Of a stretch of 64,000 nt of DNA, positions 28,965 to 38,565 are shown in pieces (position 1 is the first letter of the stretch; each line of letters begins with the position of its first letter). The notes beneath the pieces were generated by a model, which ran no database searches, was not told the origin of the DNA, and worked only from the letters and a program-made list of their open reading frames with translations. The translations under genes and the position numbers were made by a program. Source of the DNA: Planctomycetota bacterium (GTDB lineage Bacteria > Planctomycetota > UBA1135 > UBA2386); contig JBEGVB010000056.1 in assembly GCA_041178545.1 (NCBI GenBank), forward strand, positions 369 to 64,368. Reading direction: 5' to 3'.

Positions 28965-28999
28965 CCAAGGCCCTGCGGGACGGTCCCACAGGGCCTCGG
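28965..28999 (-). terminator. Stem-loop downstream of rpoD
   Basis: Minus strand CCGAGGCCCTGTGGGAC-CG-TCCCGCAGGGCCTTGG forms a ~16-bp stem with two G-U pairs, followed by CGTTTCGGGG, 29 nt after the rpoD stop. The U-tract is weak. Confidence 0.4.
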
Positions 29000-29027
29000 C
29001 CAGGTGCCTGAGCAGGACCGCCTTGGC

Positions 29028-30764
29028 TCAGCCGATGTCGCCGCCGAGGGAGTCGAGGAACCCGCCGAGCCGGCGTGCCCGCACGGGGTGCTGGAGCTTG
29101 CGCACGGCCTTGGCCTCGATCTGGCGCACGCGCTCACGGGTGACGCGGAAGATGCGGCCCACCTCCTCGAGGGTGTAGGTGTAGCCGTCGCCGATGCCGT
29201 AGCGCAGCTTGATGATCTCGCGCTCGCGGAACGTCAGCGTGTCGAGCACCGACTCGATCCGGTCCTTGAGCATCTCGCGGCTCGCGGCCGTGACCGGCGA
29301 CTCGACGCTCTCGTCCTCGATGAAGTCGCCGAAGTACGAGTCGTCGGACTCGCCGATCGGGCGGTCGAGGGAGATCGGGTGCTTGCTGATCTTCATCACG
29401 CGCTTGGCCTCGTCCACCGAGACCTGCGCTGCCTCTGCCACTTCCTCGATGGAGGGCTCGCGACCCTTCTGCTGCGTGAGCTTCTTGCTCACGTTGCGCA
29501 GCTTGCTCATGGTCTCGATCATGTGGACCGGGATGCGGATGGTGCGCGCCTGGTCCGCGATCGAACGCGTGATGGCCTGCCGGATCCACCACGTGGCATA
29601 GGTCGAGAACTTGTAGCCACGGCGGTACTCGTACTTCTCCACCGCCTTCATCAGGCCGGTGTTGCCCTCCTGAATCAGGTCGAGGAACGACAGGCCGCGG
29701 TTGCGGTACTTCTTGGCGATGGAGACCACCAGGCGCAGGTTGCCGGAGGAGAGCTTGCGCTTCGCGTCCTCGTAGTTGGCATAGGCCTGCCGCACGAACG
29801 TGAGGCGGTCGCGCAGCCGCTCGACGGTCTCGAGTCCGTCGACCTGCAGTTCCACCAGGCGACGCTTGGTGTCGGCAGCGTCGGGGTTGCTGATCTGGGC
29901 GCCGCGGTAGCGGGCGAGCCGCGCCTGCATGCGCTCCATCTCCTGCAAGCGGCTCTCCAGCAGGTCGATCATCGGCCGGACCTTCTTGCCCTGCAGGTTG
30001 AGTTCCTCGATCAGCGCCACGGCCTTGCGGCGGCGGCTGAAGATCCTGCGCTTGAGCACCAACTGCTCCGCCTCGGTGGGGTTGCCCTCGAGCAGCACCT
30101 GGAAGTCGATCTTTGCTGCCTCGTACAGCAGCTTGAGGGTCTGGATGTTGCCCGGCAGGCGGAAGGAGAGGTCGGCCTTGCCCACCTCGGGGTCCTGCTG
30201 GTTGACCTTGAGGGTGCGGTCGAAGGCGAGCTCGCCCTTGAGCACGTCCTCGAGGATCTCGATGGCGTTCTGCTGGCCGTAGCCAGAACTCAGCACCTCC
30301 TTGCGGAACTGCTTGCGCGTCAGCTCGATCTTGCGCGCGAGGCTGATCTCCTCCTCGCGGGTGAGCAGCGGGATCTCGCCCATCTGGGTGAGGTACATGC
30401 GCACCGGGTCGTCGATCTTCTCGGTGATGTCGACCATGGGCGCAGAGAGCTCGGCCTCCGTGGGCTCCTGCAGCTCCATCTCGGGCGCCATGTCGATCTC
30501 GTCGCCACCGTCGTCGGGCTCACCGGCGCCCGCCTCCTCCTTGGCACCGCCTGGCCCTGTGGCCTTGAGTGCCTTGAGCTTGGCCTCGTCCTCGACGAGC
30601 TCCAGGCCGGCCTCCTCGATCAGGCGCATGGCCTTCTCGATGTGCTCGGGCTGCTGCTGGTCCTCGGGCAGCACGGCGTTCAGCTGCGCGATGGTCACGC
30701 CGCCGGCCTTGCGGCTGTTCTTGATGAGGGTCTTGACCTTCTTGTCGAGGGTGTCCGTGGACAT
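29028..30764 (-). CDS. rpoD: RNA polymerase primary sigma factor (sigma-70)
   Basis: 578 aa. Region 2 is [12 protein letters not shown]; region 4.2 is [23 protein letters not shown]. Acidic N-terminal region 1. Confidence 0.97.
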   Translation of the reverse strand: MSTDTLDKKVKTLIKNSRKAGGVTIAQLNAVLPEDQQQPEHIEKAMRLIEEAGLELVEDEAKLKALKATGPGGAKEEAGAGEPDDGGDEIDMAPEMELQEPTEAELSAPMVDITEKIDDPVRMYLTQMGEIPLLTREEEISLARKIELTRKQFRKEVLSSGYGQQNAIEILEDVLKGELAFDRTLKVNQQDPEVGKADLSFRLPGNIQTLKLLYEAAKIDFQVLLEGNPTEAEQLVLKRRIFSRRRKAVALIEELNLQGKKVRPMIDLLESRLQEMERMQARLARYRGAQISNPDAADTKRRLVELQVDGLETVERLRDRLTFVRQAYANYEDAKRKLSSGNLRLVVSIAKKYRNRGLSFLDLIQEGNTGLMKAVEKYEYRRGYKFSTYATWWIRQAITRSIADQARTIRIPVHMIETMSKLRNVSKKLTQQKGREPSIEEVAEAAQVSVDEAKRVMKISKHPISLDRPIGESDDSYFGDFIEDESVESPVTAASREMLKDRIESVLDTLTFREREIIKLRYGIGDGYTYTLEEVGRIFRVTRERVRQIEAKAVRKLQHPVRARRLGGFLDSLGGDIG

Positions 30765-30824
30765 CGATGGTTCTGGTTTCTGCAGTGAGGGAATACGTGG
30801 GGAAGTTCGGGGGCGTTGGCGCGG

Positions 30825-32705
30825 TCAGGTGGACCTGGGCCGCTCCTGGCGCAGTTGTTCGACCAGCCTGCGGGTGAGTTCGTCGGCCACCTCGCGGTTG
30901 CCGGAGGAGAGTGCCTCCTGCAGCTGCTGGCGCGTCGAACGCACGTCGTCGCGGACGGTCACACGCTGGCGACCGCGCTCGATGGACTCGAGGAACGGCT
31001 TCGGCTGGGTGATGCCCTGCGCACGGTTCGCAGCCTCGGCCAGCAGTTGGCTGAGGTCGGGTCGGTCCGTGCACGAGGCAAAGAGGCTGCGGAGGACGTC
31101 GGCGCTGGCGGTGCGGCCATGTCCGACGGCCTCGCGGATCCACCCCATGAGCTCGGCGACCGGCTCGAACTGGAGGGGAGCCACCAACTCGACCTGGCTC
31201 AGCAGGGGCTGGGCCACCATGCAGGCGAGCAGGTCGGTCTCGGCACGCTCGAGAGGGGTGCGCGGGCGCGCGGGGCGCACGGCAACGGGCGGGACCGACG
31301 GGATGGCTGGGCCTTCCCCGTCCCGACGCGCTGCGCCGCCTTCCGCTGATCCTTCTCCAACCGCGGCCCGGGCAGGGGTGCGCACGGGATCCGGCCGCGT
31401 ACGCACCATGCGGGTCAGGACGGCGGCAGGCATGGCGAGGTGACGGGCCATCTCCTCGACCAGGGCATGACGGCGCACCTCGCTGTCCGCCGCCTCGAGC
31501 AACTTGGCGCACTCCTTGGCAAGCGCCTCGGTCTGGACCGCGCCAGCCCCACCGATGCGCCGCCGCAGCAGCCGGAACCACACGGTGAGTGCGTCCTCCG
31601 CGCCGTCGAGGAGGTCTGCGAAGCGGGCGCGACGCTCGGCGACCATGTCGGGGTCGTCCCCGTCCCGCGCCGCGAGCATCTCGCCGGGGTCCTTGGCACC
31701 GTCCATCAGGGCGATGCGGACCACCACCGCGCTGCTCACCAACTCGCGCATGGCGCGCTCGGCAGCCTGTGCACCGGCGCGGTCGCCGTCGAACAGCAAC
31801 ACCAGTCCCTCGGTCGCGTAGCGCTCGATCTTGGCCACGTGCTCGCCAGTGAACGCAGTGCCGAGCGTGGCAACTGACCCCTGGAAACCGGCAAGGTGGC
31901 TGGCGATGACGTCGGTGTAGCCCTCCATCACCACGATCCGGCGGCTGCCCGCGAGCTTGGCACGGTGCAGCCCGAACAAGACCTTGCGCTTGTTGAAGAA
32001 GGGGGACTCGGGGGAGTTGACGTACTTGGGCGGCACGAACCCGTCGGCGCGGGGCGTGTCCATGCCGGGCAGGATGCGACCGCCGAAACCAACCACGCGA
32101 CCGCGCTCGTCCTCGATCGGGAACATCACGCGGCCCGCGAACAGCTCGCGACCGTTCCGCAGCAGCCCCGACTCCTCGAGGACGGTCCGCGGCAGCTTCT
32201 TGCGCGCAGCGAAGGCCGCGAGGGAACCCTGTGCCGGGTGGTAACCGAGGGACCACGGCAGCACGGCCTCGCCGAGCCCGCGGTCGGCGAGGTAGCCGGC
32301 GGCGGCAGACCCCTCGGGAGTGCGGAGCGAGGCGTGGAAGAAGGCACGGACCTCCGAGAGCACCTCGTACGGGTCAGGCCCGCGGACCACGTCCTGTCCC
32401 CCCCGCTGGAACACCCCCTCGAGCGAGATGCGCGCACGCTCGGCAAGCCGCTCGAAGGCCTCGCGGAAGGTGAGCCCCTCGCGCTCCATCAGGAAGGTGA
32501 ACACGTCACCCGACTTGCCGCACCCGTAGCAGTGGAAGTGCTGGCTGTCCGGGTAGACGGTGAACGAAGGCCCCTTCTCCTGGTGGAACGGGCAGAGGGC
32601 GACCAGCGTGCGTCCGCGCGGGCGCAACGGCAGGTAGCTCTCGATCATGGCGACCAAGTCGTTGGCCTCCTTGACACGGAGCTTGACGTCCTCAAAACGA
32701 TCCAT
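30825..32705 (-). CDS. dnaG: DNA primase
   Basis: ATG 32705 within ORF 30825..32981. Zinc finger CPFHQEKGPSFTV...HCYGCGKSGD. TOPRIM motifs VVMEGYTDVIA and LLFDGDRAG. Confidence 0.93.
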   Translation of the reverse strand: MDRFEDVKLRVKEANDLVAMIESYLPLRPRGRTLVALCPFHQEKGPSFTVYPDSQHFHCYGCGKSGDVFTFLMEREGLTFREAFERLAERARISLEGVFQRGGQDVVRGPDPYEVLSEVRAFFHASLRTPEGSAAAGYLADRGLGEAVLPWSLGYHPAQGSLAAFAARKKLPRTVLEESGLLRNGRELFAGRVMFPIEDERGRVVGFGGRILPGMDTPRADGFVPPKYVNSPESPFFNKRKVLFGLHRAKLAGSRRIVVMEGYTDVIASHLAGFQGSVATLGTAFTGEHVAKIERYATEGLVLLFDGDRAGAQAAERAMRELVSSAVVVRIALMDGAKDPGEMLAARDGDDPDMVAERRARFADLLDGAEDALTVWFRLLRRRIGGAGAVQTEALAKECAKLLEAADSEVRRHALVEEMARHLAMPAAVLTRMVRTRPDPVRTPARAAVGEGSAEGGAARRDGEGPAIPSVPPVAVRPARPRTPLERAETDLLACMVAQPLLSQVELVAPLQFEPVAELMGWIREAVGHGRTASADVLRSLFASCTDRPDLSQLLAEAANRAQGITQPKPFLESIERGRQRVTVRDDVRSTRQQLQEALSSGNREVADELTRRLVEQLRQERPRST

Positions 32706-33033
32706 TGGGGGTGCGGATCCGGCGGGGCACATGGGGAACGTGCCCACAGGAGCCTTGGCATGGCCGGGTGTCGGCACGCCGAGGTCTGGGGGCACGGGAA
32801 ACTGGGCGGAGAAAGCTACTCCAGCCACCGGACGGAGGTCGGGACACGACCGAAATCCAGAGGGTCGGACCGTTCTGGACCCGTCGCGGGTGCGACTCTG
32901 GGACCGGTCACGGTGCCGTGGAACAGCTGCGTTTCCGCCCCAAGTGCTGTGCGTCCTGAGGGTTGGACTGAAGCCAACCACGCCCGGATGGATCGTTGGT
33001 GTGCCGGGGGACGTCCCTAGTGCGGAACCCCGT

Positions 33034-33061
33034 TTTGTAGCACGTTCTTGCCACCCGTCAA
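33034..33061 (-). promoter_or_regulatory. Sigma-70-like promoter candidate upstream of the dnaG leader
   Basis: Minus strand TTGACG (33061-33056), 16-nt spacer, TACAAA (33039-33034). It lies 32 nt downstream of the rsmA stop and about 330 nt upstream of the dnaG ATG. Sequence match only. Confidence 0.3.
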
Positions 33062-33092
33062 CCGGCTTCTCTGCGTTCTGGCTCGCAGCCGC

Positions 33093-33974
33093 TCAGGCCA
33101 TGGAGGCGGCAGCCCAGACCCCGACCAGCGCATCGGGGGAGAGCGCCTCGGCGCGCAGGCCCAGGTCAACGCCAGGTTCGGGCAGGTGGAGCCCGGCGGC
33201 TCCCAGCGCCATCGGCAACGTGGTGCGCATGGTCTTCCGGCGCTGCTGGAACAACGCCCGCACGAACGTGGCGAGGCTCCGGCGCGCTGCCGCGGTCGAG
33301 AGGCGGGGGGACAAGTCCTCCCGCAGGGCGAGCTCGACCAGGGCCGACACGACCTTGGGGCGGGGCCGGAACACCTGCGGCGGGACGTCGCGCAGCAACC
33401 GGACTCGGTAGAGCGCCTGGCAGAGCGTGGCAAGGCTGCCATAGGCCTCGGTGCCGTGGGTCGCAGCCAGTCGCTGGCCGAGTTCCTTCTGCACCAGGAC
33501 CAGGATGCGCGCCGGCAGCGGGTCGAGACAGCAGAGCTCGGCAAGCAGCGGTCCCGAGACGGAGTAGGGCAGGTTGGCCGCGACGAGCAGCCGGCCACCC
33601 GGGCGGAGGCGCGGGCGCACTACGTCCAGGACCTCTGCAGGCAGGCTGCCGCCGGGACCGGAGAGCGCGTCAGCGCGCACCAAGGTCACGTTCGAGAAGG
33701 CCGCGAGTTCCCGCGAGGCAACCTCGTACAGGCGGCGGTCGATCTCCACCCCCACCACCGAGCCGGCGACCGCGGCCAGCTCGCGGGTGAGGAACCCGAG
33801 CCCGACACCGACCTCGAGGACGACGTCCTCGGGGCCCGCGCCCGCGGATGCCGCGATCACGCGGTGGAGCGTTGGGTCGAGCAGGAAGTTCTGTCCGAGG
33901 CTGCTGCTGGGCCGGAAGCCGAGTGTCTCGAGCGTCTCCCGGAAGCTGGAGAAGGCGTCGCGGGACTCACTCAT
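33093..33974 (-). CDS. rsmA: 16S rRNA (adenine1518/1519-N6)-dimethyltransferase
   Basis: ATG 33974 overlaps the upstream stop (ATGA). Motifs GQNFLLD, VLEVGVGLGFLT and NLPYSVS. Confidence 0.9.
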   Translation of the reverse strand: MSESRDAFSSFRETLETLGFRPSSSLGQNFLLDPTLHRVIAASAGAGPEDVVLEVGVGLGFLTRELAAVAGSVVGVEIDRRLYEVASRELAAFSNVTLVRADALSGPGGSLPAEVLDVVRPRLRPGGRLLVAANLPYSVSGPLLAELCCLDPLPARILVLVQKELGQRLAATHGTEAYGSLATLCQALYRVRLLRDVPPQVFRPRPKVVSALVELALREDLSPRLSTAAARRSLATFVRALFQQRRKTMRTTLPMALGAAGLHLPEPGVDLGLRAEALSPDALVGVWAAASMA

Positions 33975-34972
33975 GTCCCCAGCACCTCGACCAGGAGCCG
34001 CCCGACCGGTGTGAGCCCACGGTCGGGAGTGCGCTGCAGCAGGAGCTGCCACGGAGCACGCAGTGCCGCGGCATGGCCGGGACGCAAGAGGAACCGCCGC
34101 ACCAGTTCGAGCTCGCGAGGCTGTGCCTCGACCACGGACTCGGTGAGGCAAGTGAGCACGGAGAGAGGGTCCGCAGCAAGCCGCACCCCGAGCGACGAAC
34201 CACTGTCGTGCGGCATCCGCATGGCCGTGCGCTGCTCCATGGGTGAGAGGAAGTCGGACCCGACCACGAGGCGCGGCACCCGGTCGGAGAGGGACTGCAC
34301 GAGCCAACTGGGAGGCAACGCCTGCCCCGGGACCAGCCAGACCGAGAGGGCAGGTGTGCGCGCGTTCTTCCACGGTCCCAGAACCAGCAACTCAGGCCAG
34401 GAGGCAATCGCCCCGAAGGGCGGGTCCTCGACGAACCACTGCCCCGGAACCGACTCGGTCCACTCGGCCAGGTTGCCGACGAGGTCATAGGGGCCGTCTG
34501 CGCGACGGCCCGACTCGAACGTGCCCACGGGCGTGGGTTTACCGAGCCGCAGCTCGGCGGTGTTCGCGCGGGAGGTCTGGGCCGCATCGCCCCAAGGCCA
34601 CGAGTAGGCCTGGTTGCCGGTGGCGGCGTAGACCCACTCCTCGCCCCTCGGCAGGCGACAGAACCGCCAAGCCGCAAAGGCACGCGCCGCCGGCAGGTCA
34701 ATGCCTGACTGCGGCAGGAAGCCGTCGGTGGACGCGTCCGGGGTGGAAGCGCGGGGCTGGCCCAGGTACTGGGCCCAGTCGTCGCGCGTGACCTCGAAAC
34801 GGTCCAGGAAGAACGGACCGCCTTGGTCCGGGGGACGCTCGAACAACACGAGGTCTCGCAGCGTCCCGAACCGACCTTCGCGCGCCACCAAGCCGCTGGC
34901 TGGCGCAGGCGACTCGGTGCAACCGACGAGCGCGAGCGACAACAGCAGGAGGGCGCGAAGACGGTGCACCAA
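33971..34972 (-). CDS. Formylglycine-generating enzyme (SUMF1/FGE) family lipoprotein
   Basis: LLLLSLALVGC lipobox. FGE-type blocks RLPRGEEWVYAATG and YDLVGNLAEWT. The track start is TTG 34972, with a GTG one codon later. Confidence 0.8.
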   Translation of the reverse strand: MVHRLRALLLLSLALVGCTESPAPASGLVAREGRFGTLRDLVLFERPPDQGGPFFLDRFEVTRDDWAQYLGQPRASTPDASTDGFLPQSGIDLPAARAFAAWRFCRLPRGEEWVYAATGNQAYSWPWGDAAQTSRANTAELRLGKPTPVGTFESGRRADGPYDLVGNLAEWTESVPGQWFVEDPPFGAIASWPELLVLGPWKNARTPALSVWLVPGQALPPSWLVQSLSDRVPRLVVGSDFLSPMEQRTAMRMPHDSGSSLGVRLAADPLSVLTCLTESVVEAQPRELELVRRFLLRPGHAAALRAPWQLLLQRTPDRGLTPVGRLLVEVLGT

Positions 34973-34983
34973 GGAACCGCCGC

Positions 34984-35655
34984 TCAGCGGTCGAGCATCA
35001 GGATCTCGACGCGACGGTTCTTCTGGCGCGCTGCATCCGACTTCTCGGGCTGCGCGGGCTGGTACTCGCCGTAGCCCGCGACAGAAACCTTGTCCGCCGG
35101 GATGCCGCTCTTGGTGAGGAAGTCGGCAACCGCCATGGAGCGCTCCACCGACAGGCGGAGGTTGGTGCCCCAGTTGCTGTGGGTGATCGGCTGGTCGTCG
35201 GTGTGGCCGTCGACGCGGATGCGCTTGCCCTGACGGGAGAGCTCACCCATCAGCTGGCCGAGGGTGGCGCGACCCTGCTCGGAGATCTCAACGCTCCCCG
35301 GGTTGAACAGCAGGCCGCCGAGCACGCGGAATGCGAGCCCCTCGCTGGTGCGCACCAGCTCGACGCCGTCGACGGCGTTGGCAGAACCTTCCTGGTAGCG
35401 CTTGAGCAACTCGTCCAGCTTCTGCTTCTGGGACTCGACCCAGGCAGCGTCCTTGGCGGACTTGCTGAGCCGCTCGACGTCTGCGCGCAGCTGTTCGTTC
35501 TCCTTGCCGAGCTTGCGCTGGTACTCGGTGAGTTCGGCGATCTGGGCCTTGAGCGCGTCGTTGGCGCTCAGGGCGCGACGATGGGTTTCGGGGCTGACAC
35601 ACGCCCCGAGGACAGCAAGAGTTGCAACCGCACAGATGATCTTCGAAGTCGACAT
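34984..35655 (-). CDS. OmpA/MotB-family lipoprotein with coiled-coil spacer
   Basis: ATG with GGAGGGG 3-4 nt upstream. AVLGAC lipobox. OmpA C-terminal domain GHTDDQPI...NLRLSVERSMAVADFL...GYGE...NRRVEI. Confidence 0.85.
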   Translation of the reverse strand: MSTSKIICAVATLAVLGACVSPETHRRALSANDALKAQIAELTEYQRKLGKENEQLRADVERLSKSAKDAAWVESQKQKLDELLKRYQEGSANAVDGVELVRTSEGLAFRVLGGLLFNPGSVEISEQGRATLGQLMGELSRQGKRIRVDGHTDDQPITHSNWGTNLRLSVERSMAVADFLTKSGIPADKVSVAGYGEYQPAQPEKSDAARQKNRRVEILMLDR

Positions 35656-35800
35656 GACCCCTCCAACAGAGAGCTGAGTCCTCTCCGCGCCGACCGGAGG
35701 CGCATCGAGGAGGCCCGGAAACTAGCGGGAATCCGCGCCAATGCAAACAATGCGGGCCAACCTTGCGGGCGCGCGTGCAACGGGGCACCGCAAAACGCAC

Positions 35801-35832
35801 GACGGGGCGCGGCCTCGAGGCCGCGCCCCGTC
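35801..35832 (-). terminator. Perfect 32-nt palindrome, likely intrinsic terminator of the upstream HTH gene
   Basis: GACGGGGCGCGGCC-TCGA-GGCCGCGCCCCGTC forms a 14-bp stem. On the minus strand it is followed by GTGCGTTTTGCGG. A second hairpin, CCGGGGT-CCGC-ACCCCGG, lies at 35888-35905. Confidence 0.5.
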
Positions 35833-35874
35833 GTCAGGGGATCCGTCGTCAGGGGATCTGTCGTCAGGGGTACC
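35830..35874. repeat. 15-bp tandem repeat x3 (GTCGTCAGGGGATCY)
   Basis: Copies are gtcgtcaggggatcc, gtcgtcaggggatct and gtcgtcaggggtacc. The first copy overlaps the 3' arm of the palindrome. The array lies in the intergenic region between two minus-strand genes. Confidence 0.85.
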
Positions 35875-35925
35875 CGCGCGCACGGCTCCGGGGTCCGCAC
35901 CCCGGGGCTGGCGCACGGCAACGGA

Positions 35926-36417
35926 TCACTTCTGCGCGAAGACGCTCGTGAAGCCGTTGGACGCGGGGTCGGTGTCCTGCGACACCGAGTAGCTCACCAG
36001 GAAGCCCCACAGCATCACCACGCCACAGAGGATGGCGGCCGCCAGGACCCAGGTCGGCTCCTTCTCCTGCACACCTGCCGCCACCGGCGCGGCTGCAGCG
36101 CGCGCGGGACGCGCAGCCGTTGCACCCTTGCGCGTCTTGGGTGCATCCTCCTCGGCGATGAGGGTGTCCTCGTCGGAGATCTGCTCCGTCACCATGCCGG
36201 TGTCGTCCTCGAGCGAGTCGACGAACGCCAGTTCCTCCTCACCCTTCGAGCGGGTGCCAAGGGCAGCCACGTCCTCCTTGCGGAACTTCATGGAGCCGCC
36301 GTCGCGGAACGCGCGGATCTCGCCTTCGGACACGAGCTTCTTCAGCTCCTCGCTGCGCATCTTGAGTTCGCGGAGGGCCTTTTCGAACGAGATGAAATCT
36401 TCCTTGGAGTCGGACAC
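35926..36417 (-). CDS. Excisionase-type HTH domain protein with acidic linker and C-terminal TM helix
   Basis: N-terminus ISFEKALRELKMRSEELKKLVSEGEIRAFRDGGSMKFRKEDV fits the HTH_17 pattern. C-terminal hydrophobic segment WVLAAAILCGVVMLWGFLV. Confidence 0.65.
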   Translation of the reverse strand: MSDSKEDFISFEKALRELKMRSEELKKLVSEGEIRAFRDGGSMKFRKEDVAALGTRSKGEEELAFVDSLEDDTGMVTEQISDEDTLIAEEDAPKTRKGATAARPARAAAAPVAAGVQEKEPTWVLAAAILCGVVMLWGFLVSYSVSQDTDPASNGFTSVFAQK

Positions 36418-36521
36418 GTCAGTTCCTCAGGGATGGTTGGAACGAGCCAGGGGGGAGAGAGCCAAAAGCTAGCGCGCAGGTCCGCGCAGTCCAAGCCACC
36501 AGCTGCCAGTTCCCGGCTGCG

Positions 36522-37079
36522 TCAGCGGGTGCCGCCCACCGGGAGCCCGGTCTGGACCTCCTTGGTGGACTCCCGGCGCTCGAAGAGCTTGCGCAGGTCC
36601 TGGTAGCCGTACTCGCTGCGGTCGTTGTACCCCTCCAGCTGGAGGTCGAGGTCGATCCGGCGGGCCCCCACGAGGGTGATGCGCCGCTGCTCGTTGCCAC
36701 CGCCGCGGGCCTCATAGACTGCAAGCTGCTTCTTCTCGGTGTCGATGAGGTAGAGCACCGAGGTCCCCACCCCGTAGCTGCCGGTCACCGCCACGAGGCC
36801 GTTGCCGGAAGCTGCCTGGCCCGACTCCTCGCTGTAGACCACGGGCTCGTCATCCGTGGTCCCGGAGTTGGTGCCGGTGCCGCCCGTGGGCGGGTTGACG
36901 CCGCCGCGACCTTGGGCGGCCAGTTCGGGGACGTCGACCGAGAGGGACGAGCGGGAACCTTCCCCGCGGGTCCACTGCCCGACGAGATAGGCGCCGAGCA
37001 GCAGGGGGACGAGAAGGGCGGGGTGGGACCAGCGGGAGCGCATGGGTGGCAGTGTGCCCCTCCCGGGCTCCGCCCTCAA
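36522..37079 (-). CDS. Small membrane-anchored protein, unknown function
   Basis: TTG 37079 overlaps the histidine kinase stop (TTGA). The alternative ATG 37043 gives MRSRWSHPALLVPLLLGAYLV. The C-terminal domain (..LYLIDTEKKQLAVYEARGG..) has no motif I can name. Confidence 0.55.
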   Translation of the reverse strand: MRAEPGRGTLPPMRSRWSHPALLVPLLLGAYLVGQWTRGEGSRSSLSVDVPELAAQGRGGVNPPTGGTGTNSGTTDDEPVVYSEESGQAASGNGLVAVTGSYGVGTSVLYLIDTEKKQLAVYEARGGGNEQRRITLVGARRIDLDLQLEGYNDRSEYGYQDLRKLFERRESTKEVQTGLPVGGTR

Positions 37080-38563
37080 GGTCCAGGGGCGGACTGCGCC
37101 TCGGCAGCCGCCGGCAGCTCCAGTTCGACCCGGAAGCCCTTCCCCGGCTCCGAGTCCAGCCGCATCTCGCCGCCGTGGTTCCGCACGATGGAGTAGCTCA
37201 TGAACATGCCGAGCCCGCTCGCGTCAGGGCGGTCCTTGCGGCTGAAGAACGGGTCCGTCACGCGCCCGAGGTCCTCTCGCGGCATCCCCGGGCCGTCGTC
37301 CACCACCTCGACGTGCACCTTGCCGCCCTCCGACCACGTGCGGGTACGGATCCTCCCTCCCGCACCCTTCTGCTGCAGGGCGTCGAGCGAGTTGAGGTAG
37401 AGGTTGAGCAGCACCTGTTGGATCTCGTGGGCATCGCCGCGCACCGTCGGCACACCTGCACCGTGCACGCAGTCGAAGGCCACGCCCTGCTGTGCGATGC
37501 GGTGCTCGACCAGGGACCGCGCCGCATCCACGGCGTCCGCGACGCGGAACGGGCGGGCGTCGACCTGCCGCGGCGAGAAGTCGAGCACCTTGCGGGAGGT
37601 GCGCGCCACGCGTTCGAGCCCCTGTTGCACCAGCTGCAGGTAGCTGCGCTGGCGGTCGTCGAGCCCAGGCGACTGCAGCAGGCGGTGGACCGCGTTGATC
37701 ATCCCACCGATGGGGTTGTTGATCTCGTGCGCGATGCCGGCAGCCAGCGTTCCGATGGCCGCGAGACGAGAGCTCACGACGAGCGCCTGTTCCTGCCGAC
37801 GCGTCTGCTCCACCGCGCGGGCGACTGCGTCGCGCAGCTCGTCCGTGTTGCCCTGCACCCTTGCAGCCATGGCGTTGAACGCACGCGCGAGCACCTCGAG
37901 CTCACGTACTCCCAGTTGCTCGGACACGCGCTCGCCGAAGTTCCCGCTGCCGAGGGCTGCAGCCGCACGGCCGACCTCTTGCAGCGGTCGCACCACCCGC
38001 CGCACGACGAGCCAGTGCGCCAGCAGCCCGAACAGGGACGTCGAGGCGAGGATGGTGAGGAGCGCGGCACCCACGGGTGCCGTGGTCTCGGGGGGCGGGC
38101 CGAAGGGCTGGAACCACAGCGCGCCCACCACCTCCGCATCCTTGCGGATGGCCTTGCAGTAGCCGCCGGCGGCAGGGACCAGACCCTCGGTGGCGCGCGC
38201 GGTCTCCATCCCGGCGAGGATCTCGGCGCGCGGGAACCGGTCCGGGTCGCGGTGCACGGCACCGCGCGGGTTCAGGTAGACGAACCCCTCGAACGGCGGG
38301 CGCCCCGAGGTGACGACGACGTCCTGGAACAGCTCGCGGATGAGACCTGCCTCCACCAGGTTGCGGGCCTGTCGCTCGTCCCCCACGAACCGTTCCGCCG
38401 TGTAGACACGGCGGAGGAACGTGACCAGCTGCGCGTCGAGGAACGCCTCCTGCTGGCGCGCGACCCAAGCCTGTTGCGCGTAGTGCGCTGCCAGCTGCAC
38501 GGCGCCAACCACCGCGAGGTTGAGCAGCAGCACCACCAGCAGGATGCGCCAGGCGAGCGACAC
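37076..38563 (-). CDS. Membrane sensor histidine kinase (HAMP-HisKA-HATPase), no receiver domain
   Basis: GTG start 2 nt after the upstream stop. Two TM segments. H-box IAHEINNPIGG, N-box LLNLYLNSLDA, G1 DDGPGM, G2 GLGMFMS. Confidence 0.85.
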   Translation of the reverse strand: MSLAWRILLVVLLLNLAVVGAVQLAAHYAQQAWVARQQEAFLDAQLVTFLRRVYTAERFVGDERQARNLVEAGLIRELFQDVVVTSGRPPFEGFVYLNPRGAVHRDPDRFPRAEILAGMETARATEGLVPAAGGYCKAIRKDAEVVGALWFQPFGPPPETTAPVGAALLTILASTSLFGLLAHWLVVRRVVRPLQEVGRAAAALGSGNFGERVSEQLGVRELEVLARAFNAMAARVQGNTDELRDAVARAVEQTRRQEQALVVSSRLAAIGTLAAGIAHEINNPIGGMINAVHRLLQSPGLDDRQRSYLQLVQQGLERVARTSRKVLDFSPRQVDARPFRVADAVDAARSLVEHRIAQQGVAFDCVHGAGVPTVRGDAHEIQQVLLNLYLNSLDALQQKGAGGRIRTRTWSEGGKVHVEVVDDGPGMPREDLGRVTDPFFSRKDRPDASGLGMFMSYSIVRNHGGEMRLDSEPGKGFRVELELPAAAEAQSAPGP

Positions 38564-38565
38564 GT

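Noticed and set aside
28855-28989. ATG at 28989 as the start of the DUF164 zinc-ribbon gene.
   Set aside because: It lies inside the rpoD terminator hairpin (28965-28999). The added 45 residues (MGPSRRALAFRGGPQSDRVG...) lack the coiled-coil character of the family. A downstream TTG is preferred, although that start remains uncertain.
32961-32979. Hairpin whose minus-strand form, GGTTGG-CTTCAGT-CCAACC, looks like a tRNA-Sec anticodon arm: a 6-bp stem and a 7-nt loop with U33 and anticodon UCA. It was tempting because selB is 5 kb away.
   Set aside because: The flanking sequence does not fold as a tRNA. There is no 8-bp acceptor complement, no D-arm pairing in the 27 nt upstream, and no GTTCRANNC T-loop downstream.
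35830-35874. Tandem 15-bp repeats considered as a possible CRISPR array or minisatellite.
   Set aside because: There are only three directly abutting copies with no spacers, and the unit is far shorter than a CRISPR repeat. I annotated it as a simple tandem repeat or possible binding-site array.
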